A stretch of DNA of 17,650 nucleotides from Azolla caroliniana (taxonomy: Eukaryota; Plantae; Polypodiophyta). The notes under the pieces were generated by a model, which did no database searches, was not told the DNA's origin, and saw only the letters and a list, made by a program, of their open reading frames with translations. This document shows, piece after piece, positions 8,978 to 17,650 of the stretch (position 1 is its first letter; every line of letters starts with the position of its first letter). Location of the stretch: NCBI GenBank assembly GCA_043228905.1, contig JBHGNT010000686.1:1-17650 (forward strand). The letters run 5' to 3'. Position numbers and translations under genes: made by a program.

Positions 8978-9073
8978 GAAGGAGACACATATCAAGACAC
9001 ACGTGTATACTCTAGTCCCATAGGTAAAAATTGGTCTCTTTATGGACGATAAAAAACTCTAATTCTAATTCTA

Positions 9074-9892
9074 AGTGGTGCATTGAATGGCTTGCTTGAA
9101 TTGGGATTCTTTGGTTGTTGGCAAGGCACCATGGAGGGAACTCATGGAGAAAGAGTTGTTGTTTTGGGCTTATCCATGGCGAGGACATGATCGATAACTT
9201 GCTCGATCATTTGTTGAGAAAAGTCGAGGACCCCCAAAGTGGTTTGAAGGGGCTCACGGAGAATCGTAAGGAAGGTCTCCTTCAGATTGTCAGCTGAGAT
9301 TTCCCGAGCTAGCTGACCGTATAGGTTCTGAAATCGAATTGTGAACCATGGAATCGTCTCTTGTGGCTCCTACGAGATGGCGTAGAATTGGCTCAATAGT
9401 TCTCGCTTGGGTATCCATCAATGAAAGAGGCCTATAAACCTGTCCTGGAGGACTGTAGAGGATGCAAGCTCCCCCAAGTCGTGATGGGAGTACCAATGCA
9501 CTACTTGCCCGTCGAGAGACAAGCCGAACTCCACGATTTTCGATGTGTCGGCATCGACAACGACCAATCATTGTGACACATGGTTTGCTTGCCATGTGGT
9601 TAGGAAGGCTCAAACATGGGCTTCCACATCAACGCCATCAATGTATTGTGGGTAGGGATAAGGCATGGAGTGGAAATCTGGGTCCTCCCGTGCAACCGAA
9701 AAGAGGTTATCTTCAGGTTAGTCGACTTCAAAGGTGATGTCACTAGTTGAGACGAGATCGTGAAGCGTGGCGGATTGGGTGTCCGATGTCGGAGGCGGCG
9801 ATTGCTCCGTGAGAGTGGAGTTGGTGATGTTGTTTGCTTGTTCGACACGTTAGGATGTTGGTCGAGTTGTGTGTGCCTTGGGGAGGCGCCAT
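9074..9892 (-). pseudogene. Decayed Ty3/gypsy gag (retrotransposon-gag domain) with stops and frameshifts
   Basis: Manual minus-strand translation: MAPPQG...YPYPQYIDGVDVEAHV*AFLTTWQANHVSQ*...KIVEFGLSLDGQVVHWYSHHDLGELASSTVLQDRFIGLFH*WIPKRELLSQFYAIS*EPQETIPWFTIRFQNLYGQLARE...LKETFLTILREPLQT...QAIQCTT. It fits the SL.G.A..W...F...F...Q...E....RF..L gag pattern. Confidence 0.8.
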
Positions 9893-9947
9893 TACAGAGG
9901 TTGGAGTGGTCTCCTACACGTGTTCGCTGTGAACTCGCAACGTAAAT

Positions 9948-9958
9948 TGGGCGTGCCA
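9948..9958 (-). other. Primer binding site TGGCACGCCCA (tRNA-Arg type)
   Basis: Lies 3 nt inside the putative LTR end (...AACACA-ATT-TGGCACGCCCA) and upstream of gag. The tRNA identity comes from my recollection of plant tRNA-Arg 3' ends. Confidence 0.65.
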
Positions 9959-9961
9959 AAT

Positions 9962-10440
9962 TGTGTTACTCCCTCATGGAGAACACCTTCGATTACTCCT
10001 CCTGAGTAATCGAGTCAAGGAATTGTGGTGCGTAAGAGACTCAAGGTCACGGTGTACTAACAAGCGTGGATCGGACCGTTACAGATAATGAGATTGACAC
10101 ACTTCGGGATCGGCTACAACCGATTCATAATTAGGTCTTGACACTGACCGAATGATAGGTAGATATAGATGTATAGAAAAGAGACAAGCAGGAATTACCC
10201 ACAAAATATATATGTTGGTCTGCTCTAAAAATCCTTCTCTTTTTTGTGTTTGCCACTCCTCGATATATATAACGTTCTTTCCCAGTCGACGCCTCTCTCA
10301 CCTGCTTCTTCCTTGATATCCGACTTCTTAAATTGGTTGTTTAGCGTCTGACTACTTTTGCTACGTTTCACACTTGTCCCACTTGTCCCACGGGGTAACA
10401 ACGAGACACTTGGAATGAAGAAATACCTATGAATATCACA
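9962..10440 (-). repeat. Putative 5' LTR of the gypsy element
   Basis: The inner end is fixed by the PBS. The outer end is inferred from imperfect inverted termini TGTGATA...TAACACA. A TATA-like run lies near 10263-10271. There is no partner LTR in the window. Confidence 0.5.
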
Positions 10441-11847
10441 AGAACAACCACGATGTTTCATTTGTGAGACAATTCAATTTGTGCACTTTTGTTACAATGA
10501 ATACATTGCATGACACTATTCCCTTTTGATGGAAGTAGGGGTTGCCCCTGAGCTAGAAATATTCGCAAAAAGGGGCTTGAATCCTTTGTGGATGATAGTG
10601 ATGGATGATGAGATGCAACTCATCGTGACACCAATATGTCACCTCACCCATGCAAGAAGGCCATCACTTATTGACGTGTCTACAAGTAAAGGACAACTCA
10701 AACTACTTTCGATACATAGTTTGAGTCATTAGTGGGGTTTAAGAACAAATCCACTCATTCCATTTGATAAGACATTTGCTTCTATGAAAACATGGTGACC
10801 GTGTGAGCCATACTTGAGATTTGACTTTGTGGTGTGTATAAATATGTATTATGTATGTTCCTTTTAATTGGGACACTCCTCTATGATAATATAAGAATTG
10901 TGGCACATTTTTAGGAGGGAGGAAGAAGGAAGAAGGAAGGGATATGGTTGAGTTTCATTTGAAGGGTCACATTGAAGGTGGCAACTAAACTGTAAACATG
11001 ACCAACACCCACCTTTGATAGTTGGTTGCTCTTGCCAATGCTCCTAGCGTGGAGACACCATTTAATTATTGATAATAAAATCCTTAGAATATGATGATAT
11101 GATACACATTCACCATATTACCTAATGCATTATTTCATGTTATGAAGTTGTTCTCCACATTAGAGGATCGTTTTGCTTCCTTTGTGATTGTATGAGTTTT
11201 TCACTTTTCATGTAAATGCTTGCTCCATGGTTTACGTTTGATCAAGGTGCGTAAGACTATTTGAAGGCAAGCATTTTTTAACGCAATTTCAGGCTACAAG
11301 ATCAAGATTGTAAACAAGGATATAATCACCCATAATAAAATTCTATTAGGGTGCTTAAGTTAATTGGTAGTATCACATGATTCCAATCACATAATTAACC
11401 CAATAAAAAAGTAAAAGACTAGGGTTCCCTCTTCTCCAAACCCGTAAATCCATCTACCGAAATTGATATGTTCCATATTACATCCAACTTTGTCTAGTTT
11501 GATTCACAACGGTGAATTTCTGTCCACTAGCTTACAATCCCTAATTCAGCATTCTAATACTATGGACGAGGAAGGTAATCCCTAAAATCATGTGAACAAG
11601 TGGAACGGGTACCTTGAATGGTGGAAATTGTACATAATATTGTGGAGGCCCTGGTCATCCCTTATGGAAGAATGGTTTGGCAGATTTTTATGCATATAAC
11701 ATCTCTCACGATACATGCATTGAAAGAGAAATAAAAGAAGCCATCTATTGGAAGGTTTTTGTAAGTGATTGCTTAAAGATTACAAAAACTCATCCAGGGC
11801 AAGTTGGTGGACAATCTCACGGTTGCATGACATCCGAAAAAAGATGT

Positions 11848-12165
11848 GATGGTAAAAAGAAGAAAGTATGTGGACGATAATGATGCGAAATTTGCAATCA
11901 AAGGATTCATATATCCTTTAATTTAACCCGTTCCAAAGCTACCGATGATAGTTCAACAAAGTCGATGGTAAAAAGAAGAAGTATGTGTATGCAGTCGAAT
12001 GGTTCATATATCCTTTAATTTAACCCGTTCCGAAGCTACCGACGATAGTATGACGAACTCGAAGGCAAAAACAAGAAGTATGTGGACAAATAGTGATGCA
12101 GTTTTTTGCACCCGAAGGGTTAATATATACTTTAATTGAACCCGTCCCAAAGCAACGGGCGAAGG
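11848..12165. repeat. Degenerate tandem repeat, ~97-116 bp unit, 3 copies
   Basis: Units start at 11848, 11964 and 12061 (gatggtaaaaagaagaagtatgtg...atatatcctttaatttaacccgttcc.aagctaccga). Confidence 0.85.
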
Positions 12166-12202
12166 ATATGCTCAATTGATCGATAAAAGGTGTGGAGGTC
12201 TA

Positions 12203-12257
12203 GGGCTCGAGCCCACTTGGGACCTCATTGGCACTCTCCACTCTCCAAGTAGGGTTT
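12203..12257 (+). promoter_or_regulatory. Candidate site II element (AGCCCA, 12210-12215) plus telo-box (TAGGGTTT, 12250-12257)
   Basis: This motif pair is known from plant housekeeping and RNA-processing gene promoters. It lies ~500 bp upstream of the ATG, and most of that distance is microsatellite. Confidence 0.35.
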
Positions 12258-12334
12258 GTCTCTCTCTATTGAGTTAAAGTCAATAATAAACATAGTGTGT
12301 TTTTTTGGACACATAGGGCAAAAGCCTCTTCCTA

Positions 12335-12350
12335 CACACACACTCACACC

Positions 12351-12402
<52 letters not shown>

Positions 12403-12421
12403 CCCTCTCTCTCTCTCTTTG

Positions 12422-12455
<34 letters not shown>

Positions 12456-12609
12456 CTCTCTCTCTCTCTCTTTGTTCACACACACACACACATCTCTCTC
12501 TCTCTCTCTCTTTGCACACACACACACACACACTCTCTCTCTCTCTCTCTCTTTCTCTTTGCACACACACACACAAACACACACACACACACACTCTCTC
12601 ACTCTCTCA

Positions 12610-12662
<53 letters not shown>

Positions 12663-12665
12663 TCA

Positions 12666-12709
<44 letters not shown>

Positions 12710-12723
12710 TCTCTCTCTCTCTC
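12335..12723. repeat. Compound (CA)n/(CT)n microsatellite array
   Basis: Alternating CA and CT blocks with recurring TTTG(TT)CAC linkers. It explains the [16 protein letters not shown] ORFs. Confidence 0.95.
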
Positions 12724-12763
12724 GACAAGAAACAGAGGATTCTTCTGCTCGTGCTTGGGCGAT

Positions 12764-15183
12764 ATGGAGAGTAAGGAGAAGCGACGCCACTCTTCCTCCA
12801 AACCTCCCCCCCCTCCTCCTCCTTCGGGGGCCGGTGACAGTGATGACAGGTATTCTTTCTCTCCTTTTGTTTCTCTGTTCTTCGCTTCTCCTGCAAAACC
12901 CCGTCGTTTTCTAAATTCCTTCCTTTTTACGGGCACGGATTAACCCGATTTCCTCACCGAAGACCCCTAAAATTTTTGAATGCTGAAGGAAGAAGTCGTG
13001 TATTTGATGCCAGCGAAATCACTCCTTAATTGAATGCTCAAGAAATCCATGATGATTTTTTTGAGTGCTCTGTATAACTCTGATCTTTGGGAATGCTCAA
13101 GAAATCCATGATTTTTTTTTTGAGTGCTCTGTATAACTCTGATCTTTGGAATGCTCAAAAGAATTCCAATCTTCTGAGTGTTCTAGAAAAACTGTAATCG
13201 TGAAGCGCGGAAGAAAATCCCTCTATTTCTAATGCTATGGGAAACCCTGACCTTTTGCATGGTAAAAAAACAGGAATGCTAGTGAGAACCTTAACGTTTC
13301 GAGTCCTCAAGACAGCCCTTACCTCTTGAATCCTGTAGAGAAACATAAAAAGTTTTGCGTGGAACAAATAAATTTCTACCGTTTTTAATGCGAAAGAGAA
13401 CATTAATGTTTTGAATGGTAAAAATGAAGCCCTGACCTTCTGAAATGGCCAAGAAAACCCTAATACTCCTTACAATTACAGTCCAAAGCATGCGAAACGA
13501 GATCGAAAACCTGCGACTGAAAGGCATATTCCTGAAGTTGACCCCCCCTTGATCCCCTCCGAAAATGACAGATTTCGCAAGAGACGTTTGCAAGATCCTC
13601 TGCCTTTGGAAGAGAATCCTCGTGGCCGTGCTCAGGGAAGACACACTGAAAAAAAGGAGCCTTTGGATTCAAATATAAATTCTGTGCCAGTGAATCCAAC
13701 GCATGTACCCAGATCCAGCTCCTATTTTCAGGTTACATTCCTTTTTTTGGATTTTTATGATATCCTCTTTCTTGGAAAGAAAATTGATTCACAAATTTCC
13801 AATGTTTTAAATGTCACAGAATTGATTTGATCTTCATGGGTTCAGATCTATGCATAAATAATTAAAATTAATTTGGTTACACTCCGTTTTCTTGTGAAAA
13901 GATGAGTCTTTAAATGAATGGCCTGGGACTTCTACTAAAAGGTAATATGTGTGCCCTAATTTGAGCTCAATGAGAACGGGCAATTCAAAAGTGGAGGAAG
14001 TGTAAAGTCTCATTTCATTTTGATTTTCAATATGAAATACAAGATGCCTCCACTTATTTTGTGGTTGGTTCTATAGAAGTGAAATACTCTCTGACTTCAA
14101 TATTATTTTTACAGCATGATGACAGGAGTGGAAGAAGCACCAAAAGAAGAGCTCCTGGTAATTTCTTGTTCTAAGCAAGTTTTGGGAAACAAGACATATA
14201 AAGTATTATGTTTTAGTGGTGAGAATGATGAAAGACACACAAGCAAATAAATCTTCAAAGTTCTGTTGTGAGATTGGACTCTCTGTTTGGTTATGAAGTG
14301 GCGTCCATCTTTGTTTATACTCCCAGTTTTTACTTAGGTTATCAGATATCCATTTGTTTCTTACAAGCCATAGTGTAGAGCTGCTCAAATCAGCAGTACG
14401 CCAAGACAGGCATGGACATTTCTTATTAGGACAGGGTAACATAAAAATATCTCTATACTAGCATTCATTATAGATGATGATTGCAGATTATGCGTATGTG
14501 GGTCAATTCACATTCTTTATTGTTTCTTCTTGGGTGTATTGAGAAGCTTGTGACTCTGCCTGACCGCTCTGAGATTTCATTTGGTAGATGACAGATGGAT
14601 GAAATCCCGCAACAATGATACCCAGAGAGACAGCAGTCCTACCCAGGACAGGAAAAGTACCAGACATGAATCATCACAGGTTTCGCTACAAACAAAGCCT
14701 GATGATTCATGGGGTCATGATAAATTTCTAGAAATCCAAGCTGAAGACCCAGAGAGGAAGAGAAGGCAGTCTCCTTCTGAACGAACAAGGCATACTGGTA
14801 GGCGTACATTCACTGAAAAGCCGCCTATAAGATCAGAGAATATGGAAGAACAGAAAGGTGATAATCCTGAAAAGAGGGCTGAAAAGAAGTATCCGGACAT
14901 GAACTTAGCACGCAGGGAGAGGGAAAGGTATCAGCCAAGAGGGGAAGATTTGGAAAGAGGTCGATGGATGGATTCTGATAGATACCAACCAAAGCGGGGT
15001 AATGGAAGGTATTTGGGTGATGGGAATCGGCGATTTGATTCGACCAGGAGGAACAGTGATAGCATTGCAACTGTAACAACTGACAAGTGGACGCATGATA
15101 GGTTTGAGGAACTGAACCGAAGCCCAACCCCCAAGAAGGAAGAAGATAGTATCGCTCAAATTGAAGCACTTTTAGCCGCATAA
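12764..15183 (+). CDS. Btz/CASC3 (SELOR)-like domain protein, ~324 aa; exons 12764-12849, 13482-13731, 14115-14157, 14588-15183
   Basis: All introns are GT-AG (CAG|GTATTC..TTACAG; CAG|GTTACA..TTACAG; CTG|GTAATT..GGTAG). Phases 2/0/1 join into 975 nt in frame. The protein has SPKHAKRDRKPATER, RRLQDPLPLE, PTHVPRSSSYFQ|HDDR, WGHDKF, and KWTHDRFEELNRSP..KEEDSIAQIEALLAA, matching a plant Btz-domain family as I recall it. Confidence 0.85.
13032..13195. repeat. ~59-bp tandem repeat in intron 1 (2 near-identical copies plus 1 degenerate)
   Basis: gaatgctcaagaaatccatg...gagtgctctgtataactctgatctttgg at 13032 and 13091; the third copy starts at 13149. Confidence 0.9.
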
Positions 15184-16371
15184 CCCTTTTTCACACTCAA
15201 AAGGGTAGAAGATTATGATGCATACAAAGTTGAAGCTGATGAATGTTGCTGTTTTCCCATTTCTGTCTATAGTCAATTTTAACGCAAGCTATTTTGGAAT
15301 GGAAACCAGCTAATCCTTAAACAAACATAGTGGTTGTCTTTTCTAAGCCTCAGACCTTTGTGGAGATAATTGCCCGTCAAATTTCATTTCCACACATTCT
15401 AGTGAAGATATATTGTGCTCTGTACTAATATTTTTGTGGTTGGTATTTTGAGAGTAATGACCTATCGGTTGTAGTGTTATTTTTATCTGCATGTTTATTT
15501 ATCATGTTGCTGCTATGCATATTACCGATATACATCAATGGAATAATGCAAAATCTATGAACGTCAAAAATCAGGAAATTTAATGGACCCTCTCAGATCT
15601 TGTTAGTTTCTAATTATTTATCAGCTTTAAATCGGGAATTCGATCTGCATCATCACAAGATCTAAGATATGAAAAAAATGTGAATGTTTCTGTATTTATA
15701 TGATTTATAAAAATTTGCAGTTTGCTATATGGTGATTCCAGAGTGTTATCTCACAAAGGGCTCAGGAGTCAGGCCCCTACAGAGAAGGGTCATCTCCACC
15801 TTTGACCTAATGTTGCCATGAAATGAAGGATGTAGATTCAGTAGCTTACTCGAGGTGTCCAAATAGAAACATCCATGACCATTCAGGTAGACTATTCATG
15901 TGAAATGGGTTCTAGCCATAGGACATTATTATTTTGTATTTTGCTTTATGGATAGTGCAGCTAACTTTCATCCCAAAAACAAGTTTGGAACAGTTATGGG
16001 AAATGGTGTTGGTATAATGACTAGAAGGAAACCTATAGACAACTGAGAGAAATATCTATCTTGAAAATGTGATATCTAAATGTGCCCTGACAAGGGTAGT
16101 AACAGTGGTTATCTTTTAGCGCGTCTAAGATGAATTATCATTTAGCAAGGTGAAGTACATGAGTGTATGGAGTAGCCTTTCTAAGTAAGATAAAGTATCA
16201 GAGAGGCTGATTTCATAATGAAACATATTTTACATTTCAATATAATTTCAGAAACATGGAAAAATAGCTCCAATGTAGATGCTTCATGCAATGTTTGGAG
16301 ATATTCTCCGCTTGTTTTCTTTACAACTACAGAAGGGCATTAAGGTAAACATGCATGTTTGTGGGAGCAGA

Positions 16372-16728
16372 TATTGAGGGATGATGTTTAGCAAACAGGA
16401 TTGTAGTAGAGATGAGAGTCGAGACACACAGATATTTTGGTGTACCCAACCGCCTTGATTGGTACACAAGAAGAAAGGTTATTATATTAGTTAACCCTTA
16501 AAAAAGAGAGGCGTGTTCACATTACAAAAGGAGGTGTCTTGTCCAGGTGAACAATGTGTTCACATGTCCTTGATTGGTACACAAAAAAAAAGTTTATTAT
16601 ATTAGTTAACCCTTAAAAAAGAGAGGTGTGTTCACATTACAAAAGGAGGTGTCATGTCCAGGTGAGCAATGTGTTCACATGTACGAATAATTACCTAATT
16701 TGTGAACTATGGGCCTTTACACCTAACA
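16372..16728 (-). repeat. 3' LTR of the older copia, containing a 115-bp tandem duplication (16453-16567 / 16568-16682)
   Basis: On the minus strand, PPT AAGTGGGAGGT is followed by TGTTAGG at 16728. The far end is inferred at TATTGAGGG (mutated TGTTG). The duplicated units differ at 6 of 115 positions. Confidence 0.65.
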
Positions 16729-16758
16729 ACCTCCCACTTAAAGGTCCGATGTGAACAT

Positions 16759-17650
16759 TCAAGTAACTCCCACTAAGTGTATGCAATGCTCATGTTGAAC
16801 TTTGCCAAGACTTTTAGTGAGAATATCTACAAGATTATCCTGTGTTTTGATCTTGGTTGATGTGACTAGACTATCCTCCAAATCTTGTCTAATAAAGTGA
16901 TGTCGCACATCAATGTGTTTGGTGAGCGAATGAAACATGGCATTCTTAGCAAGATTCTAGCTATCACATCCTAACACAGGAGTACTAACAGACATGCCAA
17001 GATCTTCAACAAGTTTGTTGAGCCATATAGCTTCCTTTGAAGCTTCTGTACTTGAAATATATTAAGCTTCAGTAGTACTCAGTGCTATAATCTTTTGCAA
17101 TTTGGAGCACCAAGACACAGCTCCACCAACAACTGTAAATATATACCCACTTAATGCACCCTTCCCATAGCATAAACATTTTCTCTGTGTACCTTTAAGA
17201 TACCTGAAAACACACTCGACTGCCTCCCAATGTGCTTAGCTAAGATTAGACATATAACGACTGACAACTCCCATTGCATAAGCAATATCTGGACGAGTAG
17301 CTACCATAGCATACATTAGAGAACCACATGTAGATGCATAAGGAATTCCTTCCATAGCATTGACTTCCATCTCATCCTTTGGACAATCAACCTTGCTAAG
17401 TTTAAGATATGACGGCAAAGGAACTCCAAGAGACTTTGCTTCTGCCATATTAAATATGTTAAACACTTTTTCAATGTACTTTTCTTGTGACAAAAACAAC
17501 AATTTGTCCTTTCTGTTTCTACTGATTCTCATGCCCAAAATATGCATTTCCCAAATCTTTCATAGAGAAGACCGATTTTAGTTGATCTTTTAGAGCATCA
17601 ACACTAGTCTTTCTTTTCCCAGCTAGCAACATATCATCCATGATCCACAT
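16759..17650 (-). pseudogene. Degenerate copia RT/RNase H (Tnt1-like), running off the right edge
   Basis: DDMLLAG...FSMKDLG/HILGMRI...LFLSQEKY...PYASTCGSLMYAMVATRPDIAYAMGVVSRYMSNLS*AHWEAV...GAVSWCSKLQKIIALSTTEA*Y...KHIDVRHHFIR...DILTK...GVT*. It has stops, a frameshift and loss of the YxDSD motif. Confidence 0.93.

Larger units (their letters stand above)
2915..9073 (+). mobile_element. 5'-truncated non-LTR retrotransposon (LINE, RTEX-like C-terminus), interrupted by the copia; own sequence ~2915-2965 plus 8462-9073
   Basis: Removing the copia and one ATCTT restores one frame: WVVDIRKWFRRLGVDDL|LDLSGNAMQ...LECWS*YKARMLID...RRALTLLRTRSHKLGIEVASW...CKVCNEGMVEDECHLLFTC...TPS* (stop at 8975-8977). 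A short 3' UTR follows, then an A-run and a (CTAATT)n tail at ~9051-9073. Confidence 0.8.

Noticed and set aside
2888-9084. GGTGCATT at 2888-2895 and 9077-9084 as the LINE target-site duplication
   Set aside because: Both copies are better explained as the two Cys-Thr codon pairs of the split gag zinc knuckle. Gag-like sequence (GHSIVE) continues inside the would-be boundary up to ~2914.
10441-11840. Short ORFs and possible transposase remnant
   Set aside because: No motif I can support; left unannotated.
713-12165. The two ~100-bp arrays as CRISPR arrays or as paired subterminal repeats of one large DNA transposon
   Set aside because: Eukaryotic context, no unique spacers and no cas genes. 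I could not see similarity between the arrays in either orientation.
12256-12943. Multiple [16 protein letters not shown] ORFs
   Set aside because: Microsatellite translations. Only the MESKEK... portion from 12764 is credible.
14591-14595. Alternative exon-4 acceptor GACAG|ATGG
   Set aside because: It puts exon 4 out of frame with an immediate stop, whereas the TAG at 14585-14587 keeps the frame.

Overview
Eukaryotic land-plant genomic DNA. A fern-like host is only a weak inference from the microsatellite load and TE style. The centre of the window is a three-level nest of retroelements. (1) An intact, very young Ty1/copia (Tnt1/Tork-like) element spans 2966-8456, with 298/300-bp near-identical LTRs, an ATCTT target-site duplication, a tRNA-iMet PBS, a PPT and one 1337-aa gag-pol ORF. 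(2) It is inserted in the last ~660 bp of a 5'-truncated non-LTR retrotransposon (CCHC C-terminus, (CTAATT)n tail; ~2915-2965 plus 8462-9073). (3) That LINE in turn splits the zinc knuckle of a decayed minus-strand Ty3/gypsy gag (LTR ~9962-10440, tRNA-Arg-type PBS). To the right is a four-exon host gene (12764-15183, ~324 aa) encoding a Barentsz/CASC3 SELOR-like protein with two WxHD motifs, followed by the decayed 3' end of a second, older copia on the minus strand (~16372-17650). The left edge probably holds the first exon of a divergently oriented gene whose Asn-Pro repeat is encoded by (TTAGGG)5. I see no clearly new multi-gene system. The most interesting signals are the nesting chronology, the non-L1-type LINE, and the regulatory design of the young copia (palindromic TATA, ATG-free leader, CpG richness).
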